Shown: positions 24,761 through 38,900 of the stretch, one piece after another | How positions within the stretch are numbered: the first letter of the stretch is position 1 | Layout of the letters: the number at the start of each line of letters is the position of its first letter | From: the human T2T-CHM13v2.0 reference genome, Homo sapiens | Strand: one strand, 5' to 3' | NCBI RefSeq assembly: GCF_009914755.1 | Contig: NC_060929.1 | DNA length: 64,000 nt | Notes under the pieces: generated by a model | Database searches by the model: none | Seen by the model: only the letters and a program-made list of their open reading frames with translations | What the model was told of the DNA's origin: nothing | Program-made: the position numbers and the translations under genes

Positions 24761-26562
24761 GGCAATTTTTCATGATTTAGACAACTTACTTAACCTCATG
24801 ATCACGTTGATCAATACAGTCAGCACTGAATCTTCTCCTCCCCTCCAAACACATGGATAAGGTGGATAAGGAATATTTAATTTTTTTTTTAAAAGCACAG
24901 CCGCCCATGAAAGCAAGGAAGGAGAATCTCTGTGGTACAGAAATGGGGTTGGAGTCCCTGGGGTGATCAGTGCTGTGGCCACAGGACCACTGTGGACCCA
25001 GAAGACCAGCAGCAGGGCCAACACCTGTCCAGGGTGGGAAACCCTACCTCATCATGGGGTGACAGCCTCAGGGGCTCCGGGGTGACTGGACTCTGACTGT
25101 GAACTGAGAAGGGGTTGAAACTGCTTTCCCTTCTCCCACACAGGCAGGGCTTCTGCTGAAATGAGCTTCTGCCAGAAATACCCCAGACACATTCAATACT
25201 GAAATATGGACCTGCAAAGTACCCATAGGCAGGACCCCACCCTGGGCTATTGCGGACTGGAGCCCCGAGCAGGAGAGCCCACCCAGGCTTGGCTTTGGAG
25301 CTGGAGGAGACAGCGGTGAATGGAACTTCCGCTCAGGATGGGGTCTGGAACACTGGGTTTGGGAACAACTAAGAGTCTCATAAAGGGAAGACATAGCAAG
25401 GCAGGTACAGAAATAGCAAGGCGATTGTTCAGGGGCATTGAGCTAAGTAAGTATATATTACATTCTTAAGTAAATACATAAAAATCAAATGTGTAAAAAA
25501 AACAGATGAAAGAGAAATAGGCATTTTTTAAAATAGAAATGTTGGAAATGATTAATATTAGTGATGAAATGAATTCAAGCTCTTTCCCCCACGTAGCAGG
25601 CTGTGAGTTGGGTGATCAGGCAGGGGTGGGAGACCCATGGGGGAAGGGGCGGAAACAGAGCCAGTGGGGCTGGGCATGGAGCTGAGTCCAATAGCATCAT
25701 AGGTCTGCTGTGGTACCCAACCGATGCTCTGTCACCGGCAAGGGGTGTCTGGTCTTGAGGCTCTTGCCTGCTGAGTGGAAAGATCTACGTCTTTCGGGAG
25801 ACCTTGATGGGACCTTGGCTTCAGAAATGTCTCCCCCGCTCTCGGGGGAGCTGCTGCCCCAGCTGGGTCTTTGGTCTGACTGGGCTTTGAACACTCTCTC
25901 TGCCTGCTGCTCCTCTCTCTGCTCAGCCCTGCCTGGCGCAGAGAGCTGGGCACCTTCCACCCACCCCTGCTGGGATGCATCAAGCTGTCTCTCAGGAGGG
26001 CCCGGGCTCCTGGCTGCAGCTCTACCTGCCCAAGTCCCAAAAGTTCTCACACTGCAGGTGCTGCCTCAACCTCCACCCACTCAGCCTGCCAGCTACAAAC
26101 CTCTGAACTGCAGGGTAGAAAAGGAGCTTGCCGAAGGTCCCTGCCTGCCTTGCCCCACAATGTAGCCTCTCCCGGAAAGGCAAGCTCAGCCTCCACTGGA
26201 ACCCACATCTGACATCTGTGTCCTATAGTTGGCACCACTGCCTATGCACAGGCTGGTGTGTTCTGGCTCCCCCTCCCGCCAAGGATGGCGCACTCCTACC
26301 ACTAGACCAGATCCCAGGAAAGGGTTTCCAGAGCCTCCTTCTCCACTGCCGCCCATCCTGGCCCCCTGAGCCTGCACCTCCCCAAGAGAAGGAACGGGAA
26401 CTTCATGTCCACCCACACCCCAGACACTGACTGTGGTCCAGGCGTGGGCCCCAGCCTCCGAGAGCTCCCTTCCATGGTGTCTTTTGGAGAAAAATTAGAC
26501 TCATCAAAAGGCATAAGGCATCTTATGTGTGATGCCTGCCACATGTAAGAATGGGTATTTGC

Positions 26563-26861
26563 GGCCGGGTATGGTGGCTCACGCCTGTAATCCCAGCATT
26601 TTGGGAGGTTGAGGTGGGTGGATTACAGGGTCAGGAGTTTGAGATTAGCCTGACCAACATGGCAAAACCCTGTCTCTACTAAAAATACAAAAATTAGCTG
26701 GGCGTAGCGGTGTGTGCCTGTAATCCCAGCCACCCAAGAGGCTGAGGCAGGAGAATAGCTTGAACCCAGGAGGCGGAGGCTGCCGTGAGCCGAGATCTCG
26801 CCACTGCCCTCCAGCCTGGGCAGCAGAGTGAGATTCCTTCTCAAACAACAACAACAACAAC
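26563..26861 (+). mobile_element. AluS with (AAC)n tail and 16-bp TSD
   Basis: Full Alu dimer. TSD aagaatgggtatttgc (26547-26562) / aagaatgggcatttgc (26862-26877). Confidence 0.95.
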
Positions 26862-28639
26862 AAGAATGGGCATTTGCACAAATAGACTGCAGGCTTCTAC
26901 TCATACTGAGGGGTAAAATTAACCAGAGCTGACTCATGGACTCCACACGTGCCTGCGTCCAGAACAGACTGTCCCTGGGGAGAGCCCGGAGGTCACTGGG
27001 CCAAGGCGTGATGGGAGGCTACCTTGTGCTAGGGCAGATTTCCCTCCCTCCTCCCTTGGGAGGACTCCACCCTGCCCAGGAGGCCCAGGGGCCCTGCGCT
27101 TCTCCTTGCAGTGGAACATCTGGGCTGCAGCCCTTCCCTGGCCAGGCAGGAATTCACAAGCCCTATAGAATAAATGGGACGCACAAGGGGTCTTTGCCTC
27201 AGGAGTCTGAGAGCACAACAACTGCATGAATGTCAGACCCAGTGAAAAGGGAGAAGGTATCATCAGACAGGCCGCTCCACCGCCCTCCACAAAGCGCATA
27301 GCAAGGGCATTCCCGCTCATTCTGGCATGTTGAGTATCTCCATGAAATCTGCAATCAGATGCTCTCCTAGGAGAAGCAAAACCACTATAGAATTATGAAG
27401 AAAACAGACTCTATGTTTTCAATCACATTCTTTTGAAGTTTTGCACCCTATACATTCGGTTTCAAATGTCAACACTTTTCTTTTGCCATCTGATAGGCAA
27501 ACACAGGTCCTTAGAAAGGAAAATAAAAGAAAAAATAACCTAAACCTAAGAAAATATTGAGCTATCATCTACAACATTTAGTATGCCATTTTCTCGAAAA
27601 TGAAGTTGGTTCTTGCACAGTCTAAGCAAACTACCTACAATTAAGCCTCCATCTGTGTGTTTAATTTGCAGTTTATAGATGAGTAGTCATCAGTTACTGA
27701 AATAGCTCATGCTTCATCAACAGTCTCAGGGATATGTACTTTCTGCCATGAGCACTGCTAAGCATCTTGACATACCATGCCACTCATCTGGTCGCCGGAA
27801 GCTTTCGTCCTATCTGAATGCCAAGAGCAGAACCGTCTTCCTTTCTTCAGGAGCCTTCAACTTTTTTCAATACAGAGACCAACACAAGGCACGATTCTAC
27901 TCCTGCCCTACTGGCTTCCTGCTCATAAGTATCCCACACAGTTCAAGTTACAGACACTGACTGTCATAACCAAAGGCACTCTGGACTTCAAAACGGGTGT
28001 CCTCCCTTGGCCACCTCTCCTCTCGCCTCCTTCCGCTCATGACTAACCTTGTCAGAGACCCCAGGCTCATTTCTCTACCCTCCACTTTGCACTGCACCGT
28101 AACTAGCTACGACCTTGTTCTTCCTCGCACCACTCAAGAGAAATGGCCTGGGAATGTTCGGCAAAGTCCCCCGTAGTCAAATCTGGAAAACTGGCCTCCA
28201 CAGCTTCTAAACCTGTCCCCTTTGTTCGATCCCTTGGCATGGGAGATATCAATGCATCTCATGTTTCCTTTAAGGGGTGGTGAGACTTTGCCATCTTCTC
28301 GCCCTATCTAACTCCCTCTCTTTGGGAGAAACCATATCCATTGTGTTTACTTACCAAACACACTTGGTAACCTTCTAGGAGTACCAGACAGACTTCTCTC
28401 CTAATCTGCAAACCAATATGTCAACTTTCTACTAAAGAACGCCCAGTCACTGCAGGTCCAAAGTTAATGTGTCGTCACCATCAAAACTGGTACCAGAACC
28501 TCCTCAGGCACCCAGAGCCCTGTCTTGGCAATGGCTCCCATACACCTGTCATCCTCACCAGTGCTGGCATCCTCCTGCCTCCCCTTTCCCTCTTTGAGCT
28601 GTGCCCGTTCCCACTCCCCATCCCCTCTCCTATCTGTCA

Positions 28640-28900
28640 CCTCCCCTCTGTTCCCACTGGCACTGCTTTGGCTCAGTCCCTCATCATCTCTCATCCAGAA
28701 CCATCTAGATTCCCTTGTCTGCCACTTCACGACATCCAAACTCTCATCAATACTGATACCCAACGGCTTTTTCTACTGTGAAAATCACCACTGCTCTGAT
28801 TTAAAACCCTTTATACCTTCCCATTACCCTCAAGCTAAAGTCCAAATTCATACAAAATGCTACCTGGCCAGGTGTATTTCTGCCTTTGCAGTCTTGTTCT
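28640..28900 (+). mobile_element. L2 fragment
   Basis: catcatctctcatcc...ttaaaacccttt...cttcccattaccctcaagctaaagtccaaa resembles the L2 3' region. Confidence 0.55.
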
Positions 28901-29033
28901 CATTCACACCTTTCATGGCACCCAGAGGGGGTCACTGCCCCAGTGGCTCACTGGCATTAGCAGCATGTCTGCTGGAGTCATCATCCTTCAGGACCCAGCT
29001 CTACCATCAGTGTGCATTATTCTCTTTGAAAGC

Positions 29034-29034
<1 letters not shown>

Positions 29035-29064
<30 letters not shown>
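29035..29064. repeat. (CA)n microsatellite
   Basis: Seen directly. Confidence 0.95.
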
Positions 29065-29066
<2 letters not shown>

Positions 29067-30734
29067 CAAACACCAGAAATAATCTCTACAATTTACACTT
29101 TCATCTATTACTAGACCAATCCCCCAAGAAATTGACCACACCTACTTTTGAAAATTGTCAGTGTATTTTATCAGCCATTTTTGTAACAGCAAAACAGAGG
29201 AAGGAAAATGTTATGCAAAAAAAAAAAAAAAAAAAGAAGAGAGAGAATGATGATGCTCCCCCATTATGCAGGCATAAAATATTTAAAGAAGGCCGGTGCA
29301 TAAGCTGGTGCCGTCAGCATATTTAAAATCAGTATTTTCAGAGGTGGCAACTCAGCCAGGGAGCCCTCCGTAGGCTGAAAAGAGGCACCACTGAAGGCGG
29401 AACTGCCCGACAATTGCTCACGGCACCTATTTAAGAGCATGATATTAATGTTGGGATTCCACCTCTGGCTTCAGTATTATTTGCACATTTAAAATAACAA
29501 AGTGTTTTAAAAAATATATTATAGCAAGTGACTTCCAACTGTAAACGCATCAAGGCAGCTGAAACTTACTACATTTAAGGTAGTAAAATTGAAGCTGATG
29601 GTGGCACCACATTATTCATTACATCAAATGGAGATGCCTTTAAATTTATATTAAATGCAATTTAAATGCCATCAAAACCATGGTTGACAAAGTACTGACA
29701 GATGAATATTTTAGTATGATTCAATAGCAGTAAACTTTATTTTCTTACCTTGAGGCAAGGTGATGGGGTTTTTATATGCAGTGGGTTGAACTGGGTTTGT
29801 AGTAACATGGCTCATGATTTCCATAAAGTAAAATTTTATCTTTAAAAAAATGATTTTGAAGGGTTTAACTCTTGAGCTCTGAAAACATTTCTTCAGGGTT
29901 TTTTTTTTCTTTACTCATTATTTCATAGTGTGAAATCCAATAGCTTTCTTATGCCACTCTCAAAACATCTTCTGGTTTGGAATTAACAATTAGACATTTT
30001 AAAGGTTTTATGCTTAATGTTGACATGCAGCAATATTTTATCTTGATTTTTCCACTTGCAGTTCTTGGTCATAGGTGGAAAAGTGCCTTACCTATAGTTC
30101 ACTTGTAGGTGGTGTTGAATGAATAAATTGTTAACAGAATAAATGAAATGTTTAATTAATTGATTAGTCAACTTGTCTCTGTTGTCTCTAAGAAGTAATA
30201 TGCAGGCTTTTGTCTGTCTACCAGAATAGCCCTTGGTGTCTGAGTTTAAAGACCGCATCACAAAACGACTCAACCAGTCTCCCCAAAGAGATTATTCATG
30301 AGATACATAGATGACAGACAGACAGACAGACAATAGATTACGTGTTGATAGAGAGAAATATAGACAATTGCCCAGGCCTCAAGCCCTCCAGCTTCTGGCT
30401 CTAGAGGCTTCCATCGAAGCTCTTAGAAATCAGGAAGAGTTTTTCCTTCTCTAGACTTTGTTTCTAGAATTGAGAAACCTGCTCTTCTAGTCTATTGTCT
30501 TTGTCGGAGATTTGCGAAAGTTCCTGTCCTGGGATCACGTGCTGTAAAATGTGTTTAAAGGTATTGTTATTTTCTTTTGCACAATATATTTTGACTTCCC
30601 CTTGACTCTTATCTGGCTAATGGCTCATTTTTTCCTGAGTCCAGGAAGCCACTGATTTTTGGTGGATAAAGCCGAAAGACAATAATCATGACTTACCTTT
30701 GACTTTCAAAATAGCATTTTTCCAAGAGGTGCCC

Positions 30735-30963
30735 CCAGCCTGGGCAACACAGGGAGACCTCGTCTCTAATAAAAAAAAAAAAAAAAAAAAAAAAATAGCC
30801 AGGCAGAGTGCTGCACACCTGTATTCTCAGCTACTCCAGCTACTCAGGAGGCTGGGGTGGGAGGATCACTTGAGTTTGGAAAGTCGAGGCTGCAGTAAGT
30901 CGTGGTCGTGCCACTGCACTCCAGCCTAGGTGACAGAGTGAGACTCTGTCTCAAAAAAACAAA
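30735..30963 (+). mobile_element. 5'-truncated AluJ with expanded central A tract
   Basis: cagcctgggcaacacagggagacc, then about 25 A, then gggaggatcacttgag...gaggctgcagt...gagactctgtctcaaaa. Confidence 0.9.
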
Positions 30964-33900
30964 GGAGCCTCTACATTTGGAAGCCAAGTTTTCAATTGCA
31001 AGAGCCATGTCCTTGAGGGAGAAAAGGATGTCCTGGCTTCTCAAGGCCTCCCTTGAGATGCTGAGAACCAGAGCCTATGAGCACAGGACGGAGAGGGTGC
31101 CCACAGAGCCAGACACAGGCAGAGTGTCTTTTCCACCAGGGGAGGGAAGGAAGGGCTGGAGTTAGGGGCCCCGAGACGGTCCTTGCACACCCGCCACCAC
31201 CTACCCAAGGTCTCCCTGACTTGCAGATAGTGAAGAGGAATTTAGGTTCACATGCCCCAGAGTGCCACGCCAGGAGCTGGTCAGCTCACCAGTAGCCATG
31301 GGATGAGCTGCCAGCAGGAACTGACTGTGCCGGGACCCCAGCACAAACAGAGCCACCTGAGTTAGGGGTGGGATGGGAGCAGGGGAAGACATGTGGAGTC
31401 ACAGGAGCTGGGTACATTCACCAACAGCAGAGAAAAAGAAGAAAACGAAGAGAAGACAGCAGAGGCAGACACTTTGCAAGACTCTTAGTTTCCTGAGAGA
31501 GGCTAAGTTAACCTGGAGATAACTAAAAGCAGCCAATGCCAAGAGGGCATTCTCCCTCCCACCCACACAGGCCCAGCACCAGCAGCAAAAGCAGTTTCTA
31601 AAGGGTTGATATCTATACAGAGAAACAAGGCTACTTACCTGCATGACTGAATAGACTGAACACTGACTGTAGATTTTAAACTAGAAAGCTGACACGTAGA
31701 AAGGAACGGCCTCTCGCCCTCTCTGCATCTTCCCTGTCCTGAAGGCAGGATGTCTTCGCTGCCAAATCGTCAAAGTAGAGGGGAAGATCAGAGTGGAAGA
31801 AAATGAACAGGTCATAACATATCCAGATGTGACACATATTTACACTGATGCTCAAAAGCCATCTTTTTGTGAAAAACTGGTGCTTGTGTGTGAAACAGAA
31901 GTCCTATGCCCTGGTGCCCTAATGTCTTTAGGGAAATGTTTTCTCCTCTGTGAGTCTCATCATAAACTTCAAATAGAGACATTGTCAAAGGTGGCATGCA
32001 AGAAAATGGAGAGCTGAGTTAATTTGTTTGCTCAAAAATACTTACTGAATGCCTACCCTGTGCAAAGGAGTTGGTTAAGGTGACAGACATGTCCACAAAC
32101 CACATTTCAGTTCATCCCACACTGAATAGACAAAACTGACTTGCTTGTTGTGGAGAATACACTTGGGATATTGACACGGTATTCAAGGTCTCAGTAGCTT
32201 GAATTTGGGTCAATTACGACTGCCTTTGGCTGCAAGTAACAGATTCCTATTGGTATTGCTAGGACTATAAGCCAAAATTCCTATTTCAGCAGTTATTGCA
32301 CCCAAAAGTAGTCCTAATTGACCATTATTAAACCGATGACCTAATTGACCATTAGTAAAGCTTGTTACTATGCAAGTTAACAGATTCCTGTGTTCTGATT
32401 TCTGCAGTCAGCCTTCACTATGAAGACAAGAAACACACACACTCTCTTTTAGGAGATCAGTCCTGGGGCCAAGGACCCAGATGCCCTGAATCTTTCCAAG
32501 TCTTCCACGTACGTACCTTGGAGGCTCTCTATCCTCAGACTCATCCTTGTAGATTGCAAACCAGCTACTGCCCTTCCAAGAAGCACTCACTCCCATAGCA
32601 GCTTACAGGAAGAAAGGGGCTGGGCAGGAAAATAAGGAAAGCGTGTTTTGTTTTGTTTTGATTGTAATCAGGGAAGAATATTTTTCTTGGAATCCCTCGT
32701 CTCCCACCCTCCACACACCCACAGTAATTTCCCATTTTGTCTCATGGACTTGAACTGGGACATGTGGCCAAGGCTTAGCTGCAGAAAATTCTTGGGAAGT
32801 GAATGTATAGCTTCTCCAGCCTCTAGAGAAAGAAAGAAGCAGGAGACAGAGAAAGGGCTGAGGGAGAGGGAGGAGGCGGCCACACCTGAGGTCAACCAAG
32901 GCCCTCTTGCAAGCTGCACTCAGCCCACTGGGCCCAGGAAGGATGCAGCAGTACGTTGTGGCCCCAGGTGCAAAACACAGAGTCAGACCCCAGCACAGGA
33001 GGCCCTCCACAACACACAGCCTTCCTCCCTGCACCTTGGGCACTGCCATTCTGGGAATAAAAAGCAGACTACCTCATGAAGATGGCACAGATGCTAACAT
33101 GGTATAATTCTCCCTCTCAGATGGTTTATGAACGCCTTCTGCAAATCAACATCATCACCAGTAGAATTCATGTTGTCCATTATGTTATCTCCAGAATGGA
33201 ATGAGTGGATGCTGAGGGTCTCTGAACAGGCTTTCAGTTCTAAAGTTTCATTCCACCTTAGTCGTGTTTCCCCAGCAAATCTACAGGGCTCCCCATTCGA
33301 AAGAACCACCATTGATCAACATGGTTTAAGGTGGTGATCACTTCAGGTGCTTAATTTTGATTGTCCTATTATTTTTATAAACATTTAGAAAATTCTGCTC
33401 CAAAATGTTTTAAATTAATCCAAAAATTCTTATTCTTAATTTGCAGTAGGAGGGAAGAATCAGTGGAGAAAGATGTTGATTTCTGCATTTGCACAAAGAA
33501 ATAGAATGAATCATTTCTGGCTGAAAAACAAAGATCTGGGACTTTTAGCAGGAGAGAATTGGGAAAGTAATCCCAGAATGGGTTTTGTCTGCTTCTTGGC
33601 TTTGCAGAACACAACACAAATTCAGAAGTAAAAATAATTTTTTTAATATATGGCATGCCTAAAGTATTACATTTTGCTAACCCTTCCCATGATTAATTTA
33701 AAATAAAACTACTATGTAATTACATATTATTTGTCAGTGCAAAAAAAGACACATATATTTTTAAAGGAATATTTATTTTTTCTGCTTATCAGAATGCCAA
33801 TATCCACATTTATAAATTACAAACTTCCCTTTATAGTGTTAAGTTGCCCCAATATCTGATGGCTATAGAAAGACACTAGAACTTCATAATTCGGAGTATC

Positions 33901-34457
33901 CCTGCCTGTACATTTAAAAATAGAAGGCATTATATTTTCTAACTTTTGCCAGATTGCAAGTGAGGAGGATGAACAGTGACTGTGACGGGTCAGACAGTGC
34001 ATATCTGGCTCTTCAGATACCATCAAGCCCAGCGCACATCAGGGGCCTCCGTGGTGTCCTCGCCCTGAGTCATGGCCACAACACACAGGTGCATCCCCCA
34101 GACCTGCAGGGCGCTCCCAACCTCTGGTTAGGCACAAGGTGGTCACACCTCACTCAGGTCAGCAGGCAGCTTAGTCCTGGCACCCCAAAGCACACTCAGG
34201 TGTCTTTGAGAAAAGCAAAGAGTTTGCAGCTCCTGACGATGCCTGGTTAAAACTAACAAAAGCACAACCGTGATTTCATCCCATTTTCCCTCAAGTCCCC
34301 TCTGCTCTCGCCTGAAGGAGGCATCCTATATGTTACCAACACCCAGGAAGTTGCCTTACACGTACGTCTTCCTGAACTGAGAATGGACCCTTCAGTACTG
34401 GAATTTGAAGAAGGAGCACGAGGCTGAAGGCAGCATGTCCGCTAGCCAGGAGCTTAG

Positions 34458-34826
<369 letters not shown>

Positions 34827-35600
34827 TGATATTAAAAAACTCCTAAAGTGAGAAGACCTCATACTCACAATGGTGTGTATCATGCAGGAAAAAGATACAG
34901 CAATATGTCCATTACATTATTAATTACATTGTTTCTCCCCGCAAGTAGACCCATTGGCCACTTAGATTTCTAGTGGCCACAGTGGCAGAAGAGCTCCACT
35001 TAGCCGTTGGGAATGTGCTGGTGAGTAATTCTGTGCAACTCCACGCCTGTGGCTTTAGAATGATGGGCGGGTGGGTGCTGAGGACAAACATAGACGTGAC
35101 ATTCAAGGCGGGAGGCTGCATTGATTGCTTTTGCCTCCTGGACCCTGAATTGCCACCCCCTCCCCATCCCACACATAAGTGCAGTCAGTCCCTGGGGTTC
35201 AGCTGGGACTGTGCCCTGCTCCGAGAGAGACACACAGGACCAATCCTGGCCATCAACTCCACCAGAATCCTGCGTCCAAGGGTTGGCTCAGGGCCGAGTC
35301 ACCAGAAGGACCAGATCCTTACACGATCCCATCTCCCAACAGCTGTAGCTATGGTGCAGAAATGAGCCACCGCCAGTGCCAGACCGGCCGTGGCCACAGC
35401 CCGGTATATGCTTCTTCCTCCCTCCTCCCTTCTCCCTCAGCCCAACTCTCTCCAAAACATCCATGTTGGTGACACTGGGTGGAAGGGAACCTGGAGCTTG
35501 GAAGAAAGGCATATGCAGAGTTGGGAGGACAGACTACTGCAGAAAAGGTCCCACACCTTCATGTTAATGGGAGAAACCCTGGAGGAGCCAGGAGCAGGCT

Positions 35601-35960
35601 GCTAAGGAACCGTGTGACCAGGTTAGGGTGCTAAAGGGGCCGTGTGACCAGGTTGGGGTGCTAGAGGGGCCGTGTGGCCAGGTTGGGGTGCTAAAGGGCC
35701 GTGTGAACAGGATGGGGTTTTAAGGGGCCATGTGAACAGGGTGGGATACTAAGGGGCTGTGTGACCAGCGTGGGGTACTAAAGGGGCTATGAGCCTGGGG
35801 CAAGGTTCTAAGTGACCGTGTGATGAGGACGGGGTACTATAGGGGCTATGACAGCAAGGCAGGGGTGGGTACTAAGAAGGGAGCTGTGTGACTAGGGCAG
35901 GGTACTAAGGGGCTATGTGGCCAGGAATTAGGTACTAAAGGGGCTGTGTGGCCCAGGCAG
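35601..35960. repeat. G-rich minisatellite, 29-30-bp unit, ~12 copies
   Basis: ccgtgtgaccaggttggggtgctaaagggg repeated, degenerating rightwards. Confidence 0.92.
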
Positions 35961-38900
35961 GTGCTGCTGCCTGAGGAGGGGAGGCTGGCATGGGACTGTC
36001 ACCCCCTCAGAAACTTCCCTACTTCCTGACAGGGACATCAGGCCAGAGCCCCCACTGTCCTCCCTGGCCCAGATGCATTCCCAGCTCCTCACCCAGCAGG
36101 TGCTGAGAGAACCGGGAACCCCATCCAGTGATCACTGTTGACATTTATTGGATTTTTCAGTCGTAGAAAATTATCATACTTAATTTGGAAAATATATAAA
36201 CATAAAAAGACGAGTTCGAGGTTTCCAGCCTGTTCTTGAACTCTGGGTCCAAGGACTGTCTGATGCTGCAGCCCTGCTCAGCACACTGCTGAGCCTCATC
36301 TCCTGGCTCATCGAGGAGCCCTCACTTTATTGGCCATGGAGCCTCCTGATTGAGAGGAATAGCCAGGTTTACCACCACAGAGCAAACTGCGTGGACTAAC
36401 ATGTCGTTAGAACATTATACAGGAGAAGATTCCTAACCGATTAAAACAGAAACACAAAGCCCCGGCCACATGCACTCACGCAGTTACTTCTTGCCGTGGT
36501 ACAAAGTGACCATTAACCTGCCTAAGAATAAGAAACATCCAAAGGAATTTACCTGTGGAAAATGACGTGGGTGCTCATAGCGAAACCCAGAGTCCCATCA
36601 ATCTGGGATGGTCCCTTCCCTGGTGGACAGCATCCCTCTCATGGGACAAGGTCACCTTCGGGTCCACACAGACACCTATGACACTGCCTTTGGCTCGCAT
36701 GAACAGTCGAATTTACTAATTTAAATAAAGAAGAAAACTTCCTGTTCAGCCATTCTCTGGTGGTATCCAGGGAATTTTGGGTTTCAGAGTCACTTCCCCT
36801 AGAAAAGTGAGCACAGTGCCCTGGAGCAGCAGTTGTTCGGGAAAAGAATTCTTCATCTTCTAAAACAAAGCGGCAGGAAAAGTTTCTGCAGCCTGTGTTA
36901 GACACTAGGCATGCGAAGGAGCCATGAGTTGCAAATGAACACGGCGTACTAGCTACAGTTTCTTTCCCCAGCCATGCTGCTACATTACGTTCAGTGAATT
37001 TAAGGGGTGAAGGTGGTTGACAAAACAAAGACCTAGCTCGAAGTGACTTCTACAAGCTCCAGGACTGCACTGTGTGTACTATGCATTAAAGCATGCCAAC
37101 TGTTAAACCCCTAAGTCCAGTCCCTCTCTTGGACTCCGATTCCGGTTTAGGAACAGAACGATGAAAGAACGGTCACGTGATGGGGGTCGAGCGCCGCAGA
37201 GAGTTCCCGGGGATTGGGCGGCTTGTCTTTCTCCACCTCGTCCTCAGCCAAGTGGCGGGAAACAGCTGGTCAGAATTTCTGCGTGCCTTTAATGAAGAGA
37301 ACTCTTCGTTGTTCAGATTTGGTGATTAAATAGCATAAGACTAATATTCCTTGGTGGGTTTCCTGAAAGAAGATTGCACTGGAAGCAAATCAGGTTTAAG
37401 TATTGTGCTCTATGTTGGGAAGAAATGGGGCTTGGAAACTGGGCTTCTGGTCCAAGAAAAGAGCATTTTTCTTCCCGTGTTGTTTTTAGAACGTGTATGA
37501 GACCCAACTCAGGGAACGACGCAACGGCGTTCATCACATTTCTCCCCTCAGAACCCCCTGGAGGGAGAGGCTGCTCACACACTGTCCAAAGGGACCCGCC
37601 TTGAGCCTCCTTCCAGGCAGAGTAGGCAGAATCCCCATTACTCTGAGCCATCTTCGAATTCTTGGCCTCCCAGGCCTCCAAGTTGAGAGATAAAATGGGG
37701 CTTGTGGGTACAGAGAGTGATTTAATTTGTTTTAAACTCATCTAGATGTCAAACCCACAAAGGTCATCTCCTAAAGCACTACTTTTTGATGAGGTTGGAT
37801 TGGAAAAAAATAAATAAATAAAAATAAATAAACAGGAAGTGTTTTCTATGAATGCACACCCAAGAAATAGCCCAAGGGAAGTTAAAATAGACTTTGAAGT
37901 GAAGCTGCCTAGGAAGGCTATGGGTATAATGTCACAGTGCCAGGGCCCCGGCAGCCTCCTGCCTACCTCCCACCCCCGCGTGTGGTTGGGATAATTTTTC
38001 ATTTGTAGAATCCAAGGTCATTTTAGTCACTAGTCACATGGTTGTGAGGAATTATTAACAGAAATTTTGAACAATACTGTTCAAACAGGATCATGATCTA
38101 TATGCTTCGACAAGCAAGGTGTTAAGGATTCTGTGAGGTTGAGGATAACAATCACTGACTTTTCTCATATGAATGGGACACCCGACAGCTTTTCCAGTAA
38201 AGAGCCTCGCTCGGAGCACACTAGACGCTCCCTTCCCTGCTCTTCCGGAAAAGTTATTCTAAAATGTCCTTCAATATATTGTATTACTTCCAAGTGCAGC
38301 AGAAAGAGCTCATCCATGTACACAGCCCTTCCAACTCCAAAAGAGCTCAAACGAGCTAGCATTTTAGAGAGGGCAAACCATCATCCTAATCGCGTTTGAC
38401 CGTTTTCTTCACTACCACATCATGAAAATGCTGCAATCTGAAACAGGATTCTTCTCAAGGAGGGGAAAATAAAAAAGTCGGTCTTTTGGCTCAGGGTACG
38501 AAGTATATGCCGCCTCTCTATGCACAGACGGACTGCGGTTAGGGGAACAGCCTCAGAGTCCAGAGTTGGGGGTTTCTCCCCCAGCTTTGCAAAAGCCGTC
38601 TATGACCTCAGAGAAATCACACCGTCGCTGGGACTCAGTCTCGTGAACACGCGGATAATGTTTCATTCTACTTTCCTGCCTCCCCTGCTGTCAGTGCCTT
38701 CATGAATTACTATTTGTAAAGTATTTGGAACTATTTGGATAAGAGTCTCGGCGGTCAGGAATCGCATTCCTCTTCTCACCGACTGAAACACGTGGAGAAG
38801 AGACGCAGACATGCATCCTGCTCCACCTGGCAGCTCGCCCCAGCGTGGCGAGGCAGCTCCTTGCTGCTGGGTGACCTCCCTCGGCCCATGACCCCCTTTA

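Noticed and set aside
35601-35960. CRISPR-like or telomeric array (ggttaggg/ggttgggg within units)
   Set aside because: Human DNA, no unique spacers and no cas genes; only one telomere-like hexamer per unit. An ordinary minisatellite.
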